Shown piece by piece: positions 52,177 to 62,579 of a DNA stretch of 64,000 nt. The notes under the pieces were generated by a model. That model saw only the letters and a list, made by a program, of their open reading frames with translations. It had not been told where the DNA came from and ran no database searches. Both the position numbers and the translations under genes were made by a program. Origin of the DNA: an uncultured Chloroflexia bacterium (lineage in GTDB: Bacteria > Chloroflexota > UBA6077 > JACCZL01); the NCBI GenBank assembly GCA_963765765.1, contig CAVXYC010000027.1, positions 1-64,000 on the forward strand, in the 5' to 3' direction. Numbering within the stretch: position 1 is the stretch's first letter; every line of letters begins with the position of its first letter.

Positions 52177-53265
52177 TCAGGCAGCAGCGCCCACCGGGGT
52201 CAGTTGGTAGAACCGCTCCGCGTTCCCCGCCAGGATCTTCCCTTTCGCTTCCTCGCCCATCTCCTCGTTCTCCAGCAGCTCCTCGATCTCGTGCCGACAC
52301 ATCTGCGCCGTCACTTCGTGCGGGAAGTCCGTGCTGAACAGGAACGCTTCCGCTCCCACCACCCGCGTCGCTTCCGCGATCGCCGGCTCTTCCCCTTCGC
52401 ACCCCACGTACAGCCGCCCTTCGGCGATCTGCCGCTTCATGTACGCGCTCACTCGCTCGCCCTCGCGCAGACGGAAGTGCTCATTGCGCGGGTCGTGCGC
52501 CAGGTGCGTCTCCCAGCTCCGATCGAACCGCTCCAGGCACACCAGGAACCACGCGACGCCACCTTCCAGGTACGCGTAGCGGGCATTCGGAAAGTGGTCG
52601 AAGATCCCGTTGAACAGCATCGCTCCCAGTCCCACCATCTGGCCGAACGGGTGCCCCAGCCCGTGGACCGGCCCGTACACGTTGAAGTGGTCCATCCCGA
52701 AGCCGCTGTGCGCGCCGCCGTGCACCGCCAGCGCGCAGCCCAGCCGATCGGCCACCTCGTACACCGGCCAGTACTCCTTGGCCCCCAGGTGGTTGGGCAG
52801 CCCGGTGCTCGGTAACATGGCTCCCCGCATGCCCAGCTCGGTCACCGCCCGCTCCAGCTCCTCCGCCGCCGCTCGCGGCTCCTGCATCGGAATCAGCGCC
52901 ATGCCGCCAAATCGAGGATCCACCTTCAGATAGGCATCATGGAGCCAGTCGTTGTATGCGCGGCAGGCCACAGCCGCCCACTCATAATCCACCATCTTGC
53001 CGTGCGCCAGGCCGCGCGTCGGATAGAGCACGGTGCTCTCGATGTTGATCTCGGTCAGGAACTCGAGCCACTCGGCAGCGCGGATGAACTTGCCGTTGCC
53101 CGAGGCGCCCGGCAGCATGACGAGCTGCTGGCTATGGAGGTGGTCGAGCGGCGGAAAGTGCCGGTCGGCGTTGTAGTTCCAACGATCCTTCCAGATGTCC
53201 GGAACGAACTTGGAGATCGCCTGCATGTCCTCCATGATGTGGCCATCTGCATCGATGATGCGCAT
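52177..53265 (-). CDS. Amidohydrolase_2 family protein (copy 2)
   Basis: IIDADGHI, FSTDFPHE; C-terminal two-thirds almost identical to copy 1. Confidence 0.92.
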   Translation of the reverse strand: MRIIDADGHIMEDMQAISKFVPDIWKDRWNYNADRHFPPLDHLHSQQLVMLPGASGNGKFIRAAEWLEFLTEINIESTVLYPTRGLAHGKMVDYEWAAVACRAYNDWLHDAYLKVDPRFGGMALIPMQEPRAAAEELERAVTELGMRGAMLPSTGLPNHLGAKEYWPVYEVADRLGCALAVHGGAHSGFGMDHFNVYGPVHGLGHPFGQMVGLGAMLFNGIFDHFPNARYAYLEGGVAWFLVCLERFDRSWETHLAHDPRNEHFRLREGERVSAYMKRQIAEGRLYVGCEGEEPAIAEATRVVGAEAFLFSTDFPHEVTAQMCRHEIEELLENEEMGEEAKGKILAGNAERFYQLTPVGAAA

Positions 53266-53275
53266 GATCCCCTCC

Positions 53276-54374
53276 TTACGCCGGAACCGCGGCAGGGCTC
53301 AGGTTGTAGAAGCGCTGCGCATTTCGGTAGAGCACCGCGTCCTTGGCGTCATCCGAGATGTCCTCGGTCTCCATCAGCTCCTCGATCTCGTGGCGGCACA
53401 TCTCGACGGTGACCTCATGTGGATAGTCGGTGGAGAACACGAACGGCTCCGCGCCGACTTCTCTGATGGCGTACGCGAGCTCGGGCTCTTCGCCTTCGCA
53501 GCCAACGAAGATACGCCCTTCTTTGATATTGCGCTTGATGTACGGCTGACGCTCTCACCGTCGCGCAGGCGAATGAGCTCACCGCTCAGATCATAGTGCT
53601 TGTGCGTCTCGTACGAGCGATCGAAACGCTCAAGGCACATCAGCAGCCACGCAACGCCAGCCTCGAGAAAGCCGAATTTCAGCGTTCGGGAAGTTGTCGC
53701 AGACACCGTTGAAAATCATGTTGCCAAAGGACACCATCTGGCCCAATTGGATGGCCCAGCGCATGCACGGGCGCATAGACGTTGAAATGGTCCATGCCGA
53801 AGCCTTCATGCGCGCCGCCGTGGACGGCCACGCCGCAGCCCAGGCGATCCGCCACCTTGTACACGGGCCAGTATGTCTTCGCGCCAAGCGGGCTCGGGAG
53901 ACCCGTGGACGCGAGCATCGTTCCCGACATAGCCCAGCTCGGTCACCGATCGCTCAAGCTCTTCAGCCGCGGCGGCAGGCTCCTGCATGGGCAGCAGGGC
54001 CATGCCCTTGAATCGCGAGTCGCGCTGAACATACGTCTCGGAAAGCCAGTTGTTGTAGGCCCGGCAGACGGCATTCGCCCAATCGTAGTCAACCATCTTG
54101 CCCACTGAGAGGCCGCGGGTTGGATAGAGAACGGCCGACTCCAGCCCGATCTCGTCCATGAAATTGATCCACTCATCGGGCCTACATGCTTGCCGCCCGC
54201 AAAGGCTCCTGGCAACAGTCGGTCCTGGAAGTTGTGGAGATGGTCGAGTGGCGGGAACATCGCTTCCGCGTTGAATCTCCAGTTCGCCAGGTAATAGTCA
54301 GGGATGTGCTTGGCGATAGCAGGCATATCTTCGAAGATATGCCCATCGCCGTCGATGACGCGCGGAGCGGTCAT
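53276..54374 (-). pseudogene. Amidohydrolase_2 family protein (copy 3), multiple frameshifts
   Basis: VIDGDGHI, RAYNNW, AVHGGAH, LEAGVAW, NAQRFYNL in shifting frames. Confidence 0.85.
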
Positions 54375-54844
54375 GGGCGAGCCTCCTCGGTTCGATCAGC
54401 GGTCGCTGCAGTGCGCCGCCCAACTACCGAGGATTCTACATGGCACCCAGTTAACTGGTAGCGAGGCTGGCACTTGGGCGGCTCTGTGCGGACGGAGGTT
54501 GCGAGCCTCTCACCATGGCTCTGCGCCAGGAGTTCAGCCCCCTCCCCAGCTGCATCTGCTTCGCGTCGACTTCTGGCCGAGCACATCCAAATCCACCGGA
54601 TATGGTCGTTCCCCTTGCCCTCGGCGGACAGTGGTACAGCAAGGGCTGCCGAGCGCCGCGTGGTCTAACTCTTGCCTCGCGCGGAAATTTGCGCCTACGT
54701 CATTGTTTAGGCAGGGATGCGATCACACTCGAGTCAGGGAGGCAGATGCAAAGACACGAGTAGCAGAGACCGCGGGCATGCAAAACCCGCCCCGTGAATC
54801 GGTAGCTTAGATTTCGGTGATTCAGTAGTTAGAAAGGTGTGCAA

Positions 54845-54970
54845 GTGTCGGCGCGCTATTTCGCTTTAATTGCGGGCATAGTCTATGTACTCGTCGGACT
54901 CCTGGGCTTCGTGCCCGGGGCAAATCAGGCACCGCCGCCTGACGCGCCCCCTGGGAAGGGGCTGGGGTGA
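54845..54970 (+). pseudogene. Truncated N-terminus of a DUF4383-like membrane protein
   Basis: AGAAAGG RBS; MSARYFALIAGIVYVLVGLLGFVPGANQAPPPDAP, then runs into a REP-like repeat and stops. Confidence 0.55.
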
Positions 54971-55028
54971 GGGAACTGCGCCATCGCAACGTCGCACCCT
55001 CACCCCAACCCCGCCCAGGGGGCGAGGG
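54946..55028. repeat. REP-like inverted pair (CCCTCACCCC family)
   Basis: CCCCCTGGGAAGGGGCTGGGGTGAGGG ... CCCTCACCCCAACCCCGCCCAGGGGG. Confidence 0.7.
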
Positions 55029-55049
55029 CAGCCCGCTGAACCGATTCGC

Positions 55050-55673
55050 CAGCGAGCGAAGCTCCCTGACGATCTGCTCGGTGGTGCGGACGCGGCCAAA
55101 TCCGGGGAACACGCGGTCCATAAAGAAGTCATTGACACCTGGCCTGCCGGAGCTACAGGCATCGCGAACAAAGATCTGGTTGAAGTCTCTATCGCGCGCT
55201 GAGTAAGCGGTGCTGGCGATTCCGACCTCAGTGGAGCCTCCACACAGATGATGGTGTCGATCCCGGCGGTCCTCAGACTGAGCTCAAGGTGCGTTCGTGG
55301 AACGTACTCCAGCGATGCTTTTTGATGACGTAGTCTTCGTGGCGCGGATCAAGCTCGTCGATAACCTCGATTTCCCACTCACCCGAATGTGCGGCAGTGC
55401 CAATGGTCTTCGGGCACCCCCCTCTGGATCCGGTTGTCGCGATCTACGATGAGCGAAGCGAAGTCCCGCCCGTCGGGACGGTGATCGGCCTGTGCATAGA
55501 AGACCGATCAGGCCGGCCGCGCGACTTGCATCGAGCAGCTGCTGCATCCGGCCGACGATCCCGGACGGATCCACAGCCGCCTTGGCCTCAGGATTCTTCG
55601 GGTGCAGGTACACGTTTAAGGTATCGAAGAACAGTATCGCCGTCTTAGACGGCTCAATGGGAAACTCGGCCAT
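55050..55673 (-). CDS. Isochorismatase-family cysteine hydrolase, frameshifted; 3' end approximate
   Basis: KTAILFFDTLN, IKKHRWSTF, GIDTII, FMDRVFP..GRVRT across frames. Confidence 0.75.
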
Positions 55674-55692
55674 TGGCACCTCCTGCCTTGAG

Positions 55693-55805
55693 GAATTAGG
55701 AATTAAGAATGCTGAATTAAGAATGAGCCGGTCGAAGCGGGTCATTCAGACGTAAGAATCGGCTACGTCGACGGGGGTCATTCTTCATTCTCAATTCTTC
55801 AATTC
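55693..55805. repeat. Inverted arrays of short AT-rich heptamer-like repeats (GAATTAA/AAGAATG)
   Basis: GAATTAGGAATTAAGAATGCTGAATTAAGAATGA ... TCATTCTTCATTCTCAATTCTTCAATTC. Confidence 0.6.
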
Positions 55806-55831
55806 GCCATTTGTCCGTCGACCGCTCGATT

Positions 55832-56657
55832 TTACGCCGCCCCGACTCGCTCCAGGATCGTCTCAGCCATCAACCTCGCCCGAATCGTGTACAGCCGCCA
55901 AAGGTCGGGATCGTGCGGCTTGGGGTCACCGAAGTATCCGAGCGGCGTGACGCGTCGCGCGTGCTCGCCGCCCTTTCGCCAGGCCACAAGATCATCCATG
56001 CCGAGCTCAGTTGGCTCCAGCTTATCCAACGCATCGTAGTTGACGATCTCCGGGAACCAACGCGTCATCATCGCCGTTTCGACCTCGTGCGCATGGACGC
56101 CCAGCTTGCCGCTCATGACGAGACCGGTGTCCTCAGGCATCAAAAAGGTCAGCCAGTAAGGATCCGTTCCGGTCCGCTCCGTGGCGCTTGGCGGTGGGCT
56201 CGTCTTCCACCCAGGCGATGCCATTGTTGCCCTTCGCATGCTGCGCCTGCATGACCTCGATCTGCACTTTCGCATGCCCCGCGTCACCCTGATGATTGAC
56301 GATGAAGACGTTCTGGAAGCCGTCCTCGATCAGCGTGTCAAAGATATCCGTGAGCAGCATGACAGCGGTTTCATGGCGCGTTCGAAAGGTTGCCGGGAAA
56401 CCCTCGGTGACCTTATTGATGCCCCAATAGAATGGCGGCGCAATGAGCGCCTCCCGACCCAGGCGACTCATCTCTCGTCGTGTCAGCTTGGCCAGTAGAT
56501 AGCTACCGTATGTATCCACTCCGATAGGTAAATGCGGCCCGTGCTGCTCGACCACGCCGCTGGGTAGGAGCACGACCGCGCCCCGCGTGGCAGCCTTCAC
56601 TACCTCGGGATAGGTCATGTCGACCATGGTTTCTTCAAAGATCGAGTAACCAGTCAT
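55832..56657 (-). CDS. Creatininase family protein, frameshifted near 56195
   Basis: LLPSGVVEQHGPHLPIGVD, VNHQGD, GVHAHEVET, GYFGDP. Confidence 0.88.
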
Positions 56658-56752
56658 GGCTCGCCTCCGTTCTTCCGGCCGACCCGCGCCCCACCGGCCA
56701 GGAGATTCTACGGTGCTGCGGTATCCGTGTCATAGGCTCGGCTCACCGACTG

Positions 56753-57703
56753 CTACGGTTGCCCGGCCGCTCCGTGAGACGGAGGACCGGCGGCTACAAC
56801 GGCACGTAACCACTCCACGAAGCGCGCCGTCAGGGCCGACGGCTCCCGCCCGGACGCGGTGACGATCCCAAAACCCGCTGAGGCTCGAGAAGACGTGAGC
56901 CGGAGGACAGTGAGCGGCTGAAGGTCGGATTCGAGCGTGTAGGATGGAAGGAATGCTCCGAGGATTCCCATGCCGGCGCGAGCTGCTAATACTCGAGCCT
57001 GGATGCCATCGATCTCGATTGCTATTCGCGGCTGACTCAGGCCCGACCGGCGCAGCAACCCGGCATACGCGGTCCACTCCGCACTCTCCTGAGGGGCGGT
57101 GATCAGACCCGCGGCAGCAACCTCGTCCGGATCCACAGACTCCTGGCAGGCAAGGGGATGTTCTGGGGCCGCGAGAAATACGAAATCAGCCTGGTGGAGC
57201 GGTTCGTACCGAACTCCCGCTGGCAGGTGGATATCCAGCACGTAGGCGAGGTCGATATCGCGCTGCGCCACAAGGCCCGCAAGCTGGTAGCTGTGTCCAT
57301 ACTGGACGGAGAATCTAACATCGGGATGACGTTCCCTGAATGGGCCAATAACGCGTGCAAAGAAATATGCCTGCTCGAAATTGATGCTCGCGCCCATCCG
57401 CAAGGAGCCCGCCTGGGCGGTGAGAAGCTTGTGGACCGCATCGTCAAGCTCGTCGAGCTCGCGCAGGATCGACTTCGCGGACGCATAGACCACCTCGCCC
57501 TCAGCAGTCAGCTCAACGCGCCGATTCTGGTAGATCACCAGCTTCGTTCCAAACGCCCGTTCGAGCGCTCGAATATGGAAGGAGACCGACGGCTGACTGA
57601 GCTGGAGCTGACCGGCGGCAGCGGAAAACCCCTGTTGCTCCACAACCGTGACGAACACCAGCAGGCGGAATGCGCTCAGCTCAGAGCTTGATCTCAGGAG
57701 CAT
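56753..57703 (-). CDS. LysR-family transcriptional regulator
   Basis: FVTVVEQQGFSAAAGQLQLSQPSVSFHIRALE..LTAEGE. Confidence 0.92.
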   Translation of the reverse strand: MLLRSSSELSAFRLLVFVTVVEQQGFSAAAGQLQLSQPSVSFHIRALERAFGTKLVIYQNRRVELTAEGEVVYASAKSILRELDELDDAVHKLLTAQAGSLRMGASINFEQAYFFARVIGPFRERHPDVRFSVQYGHSYQLAGLVAQRDIDLAYVLDIHLPAGVRYEPLHQADFVFLAAPEHPLACQESVDPDEVAAAGLITAPQESAEWTAYAGLLRRSGLSQPRIAIEIDGIQARVLAARAGMGILGAFLPSYTLESDLQPLTVLRLTSSRASAGFGIVTASGREPSALTARFVEWLRAVVAAGPPSHGAAGQP

Positions 57704-57722
57704 CGATCAAAAATCTCTATCG
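57704..57722. promoter_or_regulatory. LysR T-N11-A box
   Basis: CGAT-CAAAAATCTCT-ATCG abutting the lysR start, in the divergent spacer. Confidence 0.55.
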
Positions 57723-57804
57723 CACTATAACCTGCCATCACTCGCGCTTATAAGTAAGCGCGGGCTATGCTTCAGGGTACGTACTCTGTGAGCAGGAGAG
57801 TGTC

Positions 57805-58695
57805 ATGTCGAAGTTCCGAATTCAGCCGCACGGTCGGCTGCAGGAATGGGTGGCCAGAGAAAAGGGGTACTTCGAGGACGAGGGTCTGGACTATGAGTTC
57901 GTCTTTGGACGAGACGACGGGCTACATGAGCCAGCCTCAACAGTTCAATCGACGGAACAAGCTCCGGCTGAGGTCAAAAGGGGCGCATTTGAGTCTATGG
58001 AGGCCGGCCGCGCTGCCGAAGTGAGTAGCGCCTGCCACTGGATGGTCAATATGGCCGCCTCGGCGCAACACGGCGTGATGTGGGGCCACGGTTACACAGT
58101 GAGCCCATGCGGCATCTTTGTTCCGGGCGATTCTCCGATTAAGACTCCTGAGGATCTGGCCAACGTCGAGATCGGCGTCGGCTATCACTCGGGCAGTCAC
58201 TTCACCACCATGCAAGCATTGCAGCCGATCCTGAAGCCCGACGACATTAAGCTGCGCTTCATCGGCGGCCCGGCCGATCGTATCCACATGCTGGACGAGC
58301 ATCGCATCGAGGCCGCCACGGTCTTCGGCATGCAGTACTACATTGCCGAGCAGATCGGCTGTCGGCGCATCGTGGACACGACGTTCATGATCGGATTCCT
58401 GGCACCAGTCGATGTGGATGCCGATGATCTGGCGAAATACTTCCGCGCCCTTCAGCATGCCCAGCGTGACATCGACCTTGCTCCGGAGAAGTACAAGCAC
58501 TACTTCCTGGAGGAGCTCGAGCCGAGCTGGCACGGCCGGGTCGACGTTCGAGCGTTTGGTACGGGCGAGCGGTATGTGGCGGAGGATTACACCCGCGAGA
58601 TGTACGAAGCGACCCACGACTTTACGCTCAGCCTTAACACCATCGGACCGGACCAGCTCGGAGCAAGCCGGTTCGATGAGGCAATCCTGGTCTAG
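57805..58695 (+). CDS. SsuA/NMT1-like substrate-binding-fold protein
   Basis: VAREKGYFEDEGLD, SPIKTPEDLA, GSHF. No signal peptide visible. Confidence 0.8.
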   Translation: MSKFRIQPHGRLQEWVAREKGYFEDEGLDYEFVFGRDDGLHEPASTVQSTEQAPAEVKRGAFESMEAGRAAEVSSACHWMVNMAASAQHGVMWGHGYTVSPCGIFVPGDSPIKTPEDLANVEIGVGYHSGSHFTTMQALQPILKPDDIKLRFIGGPADRIHMLDEHRIEAATVFGMQYYIAEQIGCRRIVDTTFMIGFLAPVDVDADDLAKYFRALQHAQRDIDLAPEKYKHYFLEELEPSWHGRVDVRAFGTGERYVAEDYTREMYEATHDFTLSLNTIGPDQLGASRFDEAILV

Positions 58696-58776
58696 TGCCT
58701 CGTCCGCGGGGTTCTTCGGTGGGACAGGCAGAGACGCCCGATATACGGATTAGTTAAGGACCGGAGATGCCCGTTA

Positions 58777-58810
58777 AGCGGTGGGACAGTCGTCTGACTG
58801 TCCCACCGCT
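58777..58810. terminator. Hairpin, possible terminator
   Basis: 15-bp perfect stem AGCGGTGGGACAGTC / GACTGTCCCACCGCT. Confidence 0.55.
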
Positions 58811-58875
58811 CAACTAAACCGTTTTGCGCGGAGACGCCTATCCCACCAACAAGATAGTCTGAGAGGCAGCCGAGA

Positions 58876-60414
58876 ATGAGCGACGACGGCGCGCGGGCCA
58901 GATGGTTCCATCAGGAGACCAAGCATTCGCTCGAGAGCGTCCGCGCAAATCAACATCGGCTCATTTGGGAGAATCAGCCGCGGCCTTTCAAGCTCTATAC
59001 GGATGCTGAGTCCGTTGCGCTCGCTGACCTAGCGCCGGATTCCAGAATACACGCTCTGGATGCACTCTCGAATCCATTTCCCGCCGACGCTCCGTCCAGC
59101 CCGCTCACCACATCTCTTTTGAGCTCGCTACTGCACTACTCCGCCGGCATCACTAAGACAATCAACCACTTCGGTCAGGCAATGCAATTCCGCGCCGCCG
59201 CGTGCACCGGCGCGCTCTATCACGTTGACGTGTACGCGGTGACCGGTGAGCTCAACGGCCTCGACGCCGGCGTCTACCAGTTTGGCCCGCAGGATGGTCA
59301 GCTACGCCGCCTTCGCTCGGGTGACTTCCGATCGGCGCTGATCGAGGCGTGCGGAGGGCAAGAGCATGCGCGCAGATCGGACGCGATGCTGGTGCTTTCA
59401 ACAACGTTCTGGCGAAACTCGTGGAAGTACCAGGCCCGCGCCTATCGGCATGCATTCTGGGACTCGGGAACGATGGTGGCCAATACCTTGGGCGTTGCAC
59501 GAGCCCACGACCTGAGAGCCAGCGTCGTACTTGGCTTCAATGACGACGCTGTCAACGCACTGCTCGGTCTCGATGCTGAGCGCGAAGTCGCCATTGCGCT
59601 CGTCGCTCTCGGGGAATCATCGACACAGGCACCGCCATCGCCATCGGTTGAGCCGATCTCATTGGAAACTGTGCCCTACTCCGCCTACGAGGTTCCTGAG
59701 CCACTCATTCTCGACACGCATCGCGCTACAAGTTTGAGTGACAACGCCGACGTCGCGGCTTGGCGTACGCGGGCAACCCTCGTCAGCTCCTCCAGTCGCC
59801 CGTCGCAAGAGTCCGTTCCGTTGTCAGAAGACGCATCAAGACCAATCGAGGACGTCATCCGTCGTCGAGGGTCTGCGCGGCGATTTCAGCGATCGCCAAT
59901 TTCGATGGACCACCTAGATGCGCTGCTTTACGCATCTACGCAAGGTATTCCGTGCGATGTACTTGGCGCATCGACTTCGGAGACCACTTCGCTCTATCTC
60001 ATTGCGAACGCGGTCTCCGGGATGAGTCCGGGCGCATACGTATACACGCCAGCCACACATTCACTGGAAACGCTACGAACTGGAGACGCTCGATCACAGG
60101 CGGGCTATCTTGATCTGGGTCAGGAGCTTGCCGCTGACGCCGCGTTGAACGTTTACGTTCTCTCTGATCTCGAACGAGTATTCGCAACTATGGGAGATCG
60201 AGGCTATCGAGTCGCGCATCTAGAGGCGAGCATCATCAGTGGCAAACTGTATCTTGCAAGCTACGCGCTCAACCTCGCCGCGACCGGGTTGACCTTTTTC
60301 GATGACGACGTGATTCAATTCTTTAGCCCCCACGCCGACGGCAAGAGCGTCATGTTCCTGACGGCGATAGGAAATCGGGCGCCAAGCCAGGCTGGACCTG
60401 GAATCGAACGGTAA
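58876..60414 (+). CDS. SagB/ThcOx-family dehydrogenase (tandem nitroreductase domains)
   Basis: FHQETKHS, FRAAACTGALY, WKYQARAYRH, IRRRGSARRF, DRGYRVAHLEA, TGLTFFDD. Confidence 0.88.
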   Translation: MSDDGARARWFHQETKHSLESVRANQHRLIWENQPRPFKLYTDAESVALADLAPDSRIHALDALSNPFPADAPSSPLTTSLLSSLLHYSAGITKTINHFGQAMQFRAAACTGALYHVDVYAVTGELNGLDAGVYQFGPQDGQLRRLRSGDFRSALIEACGGQEHARRSDAMLVLSTTFWRNSWKYQARAYRHAFWDSGTMVANTLGVARAHDLRASVVLGFNDDAVNALLGLDAEREVAIALVALGESSTQAPPSPSVEPISLETVPYSAYEVPEPLILDTHRATSLSDNADVAAWRTRATLVSSSSRPSQESVPLSEDASRPIEDVIRRRGSARRFQRSPISMDHLDALLYASTQGIPCDVLGASTSETTSLYLIANAVSGMSPGAYVYTPATHSLETLRTGDARSQAGYLDLGQELAADAALNVYVLSDLERVFATMGDRGYRVAHLEASIISGKLYLASYALNLAATGLTFFDDDVIQFFSPHADGKSVMFLTAIGNRAPSQAGPGIER

Positions 60415-60445
60415 CTAGAGCCAAGATCGTCAAGCCTTCAGACCA

Positions 60446-60480
60446 CAAAGGGCGGGGATCAACCGATCCCCGCCCTTTTG
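60446..60480. terminator. Bidirectional terminator
   Basis: CAAAGGGCGGGGATC / GATCCCCGCCCTTTTG. Confidence 0.8.
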
Positions 60481-60497
60481 ATCTGGCGTATTCAGAA

Positions 60498-61563
60498 TCA
60501 GGTCGCGGCAGCCTCGCTCACAGCGGAACCGGTAGAGGAGCCATTTGCGGTCCCACGGGCTGACCCCGCGGTCTCCATCGAGAGTGGCTTTCCGTACAGG
60601 TGACACGCCACCCAATGACCCGGAGTCGCCTCGAGGTTAATGGGCACTTGCTGTGAGCAAATCTCCATAGCTTCTGGGCAGCGGGGGTGGAAACGACAGC
60701 CACTTGGCGGATTAATGGGACTGGGCACTTCGCCGGGAAGTATGATCTCTTCGCGCTTGACGTCCGGGTTCCGCCGGCAGTGCAGCCGAGAACAGCGCAC
60801 GCGTGTAGGGATGGAGCGTATGCTCGTAGAGCTCTTCCGTTTCAGCCTTCTCCACGATCTGACCGAGATACATCACGGCTACGTTGGTGGCCAGATAGCG
60901 GACCGTGGCCAGGTTATGCGCAACGAGCAAAAACGTCGTTCCAAAATCGTCCTGAAGAGCCTTCAACAAATTCATGATTTGCGCCTGGACCGAGACGTCC
61001 AGGGCGGACACTGGCTCATCGAGTACAACGAGTTTGGGATTCGAGATCAGCGCTCCTGCCAGAGCCACGCGCTGGCGCTGACCGCCACTGAACTCATGGG
61101 GGTACAGCCCTGCCTGCTGCGGTCTGAGACCGACGCGAGCGAGCATCGCCTGTACGCGCTCATCAACCTCCTTGGCCGATAACCGCTCGTTGACAGTGAT
61201 CGTTTCGGAGATGATCTCGCGAACCCGCATGCGAGGATCAAGCGAGCTCCACGGGTCCTGAAACACCGCCTGAACGTCCGTGTGGAATTCACGCAGCTCG
61301 TTGCTACTTAGCTTGTGGACGTCTTTGTCGTCCAGGTAAATGTGGCCCTCGGTTGGACGCTCCAGCCGGAGGATGAGCTTGGACGTCGTGGTCTTGCCGC
61401 ATCCCGACTCACCGACAAGCGAAAGCGTCTCTCCGCGGTTGATCTCAAAGCTGATGTCGTCTACGGCCTGAACATGACCAACCACACGCTGGATGATCAA
61501 GCCCTTGGTTACGGGAAAATACTTCTTGAGATGGTCAACTTTTACTAACGCGTCGCTGGCCAT
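60498..61563 (-). CDS. Oligopeptide/dipeptide ABC ATPase (DppF/OppF-like), frameshifted near 60775
   Basis: [34 protein letters not shown]; [15 protein letters not shown] in the second frame. Confidence 0.9.
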
Positions 61564-62576
61564 ACGTCTTCCTGTCTCCAGCAAATCACCTCGTGACCGG
61601 TCGGAGAAGTGTAGGTGGGTGGATATTCCGCCCGGCAGCGGTCATCAGCGTATTGGCAGCGCGGAGCAAATCGGCACCCCTCAGGCAGATCAAATAGGGC
61701 TGGTGGCTGTCCCTCGATCGAATACAACCGGTCAACTTTTTGATCCATCTTGGGAACTGAGGCGAGAAGCGCCTGAGTGTACGGATGCGTGGGCGAGTGG
61801 AACAGCTCGCGGACCGTTCCATGCTCCACGATGCGTCCCGCGTACATGACGACCGCGCGATCACACATCTTCGCCACCACACCCATATCGTGCGTAATGA
61901 AGATGATCGAGACGCCCATCTCCTCCTGCACACGCTTGAGCAAGCGAAGGTACTGGGCCTGGATCGTCACATCCAGCGCAGTGGTCGGCTCGTCAGCAAT
62001 GAGCACGCGCGGTCGACTCAGCAAAGCAGTCGCGCCGACGACACGCTGCTTCATACCGCCGCTCATTTCATGTGGATACGCGCTCATCCGCCGCTCGGGG
62101 TCAGCCACACGCACCTGGCGAAGGGCATCCACCGCGCGCCCCCACAGCGACTTTCGAGACTCCGACTTCTTCTGATGCGCCATCAGCGTCTCAATGAGCT
62201 GATCGCCAACGGTGAAAAGTGGGTCGAGCGAGGTTTGAGGATCTTGAAGGATCATCGAGATCTTTTTCCCCCGCGCATCGCGCATCTCTGTCTCACTGAG
62301 CTTCAGCAAGTCAACGCCGTCCAGCAGGATCTCGCCACTCACGGTCCGTGCGGCCGGCTTCGGAGCCAAGCGAAGCAACGACAGCGCGGTCATGCTTTTC
62401 CCGCAGCCCGACTCTCCAACGATGCCAAGCGTCTCTCCCTCACGGACCTGAAAGCTGACGCCGTCCACCGCCTTGGTGACACCCCAGCGGGTGTAGAGAT
62501 AGGTCCGGAGGTCGCGGACGTCGAGTACAACGTCCCTCACCTTTTTCTCTTGTACTGATTCCTGAGCGAGAACCAT
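61545..62576 (-). CDS. Oligopeptide/dipeptide ABC ATPase (DppD/OppD-like)
   Basis: GESGCGKS, YPHEMSGGMKQR, DEPTTALDVTIQAQ, GCRFAPRC. Confidence 0.95.
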   Translation of the reverse strand: MVLAQESVQEKKVRDVVLDVRDLRTYLYTRWGVTKAVDGVSFQVREGETLGIVGESGCGKSMTALSLLRLAPKPAARTVSGEILLDGVDLLKLSETEMRDARGKKISMILQDPQTSLDPLFTVGDQLIETLMAHQKKSESRKSLWGRAVDALRQVRVADPERRMSAYPHEMSGGMKQRVVGATALLSRPRVLIADEPTTALDVTIQAQYLRLLKRVQEEMGVSIIFITHDMGVVAKMCDRAVVMYAGRIVEHGTVRELFHSPTHPYTQALLASVPKMDQKVDRLYSIEGQPPALFDLPEGCRFAPRCQYADDRCRAEYPPTYTSPTGHEVICWRQEDVWPATR

Positions 62577-62579
62577 GTC

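Noticed and set aside
11781-54482. Other TGGCAC hexamers (11781, 43659, 51423, 54441, 54468) as sigma54 promoters
   Set aside because: They lack a correctly spaced YTGC -12 element.
58876-60414. SagB/ThcOx gene as part of a RiPP (azole peptide) cluster
   Set aside because: No YcaO, E1-like protein or Cys/Ser/Thr-rich precursor nearby; stand-alone members are common.
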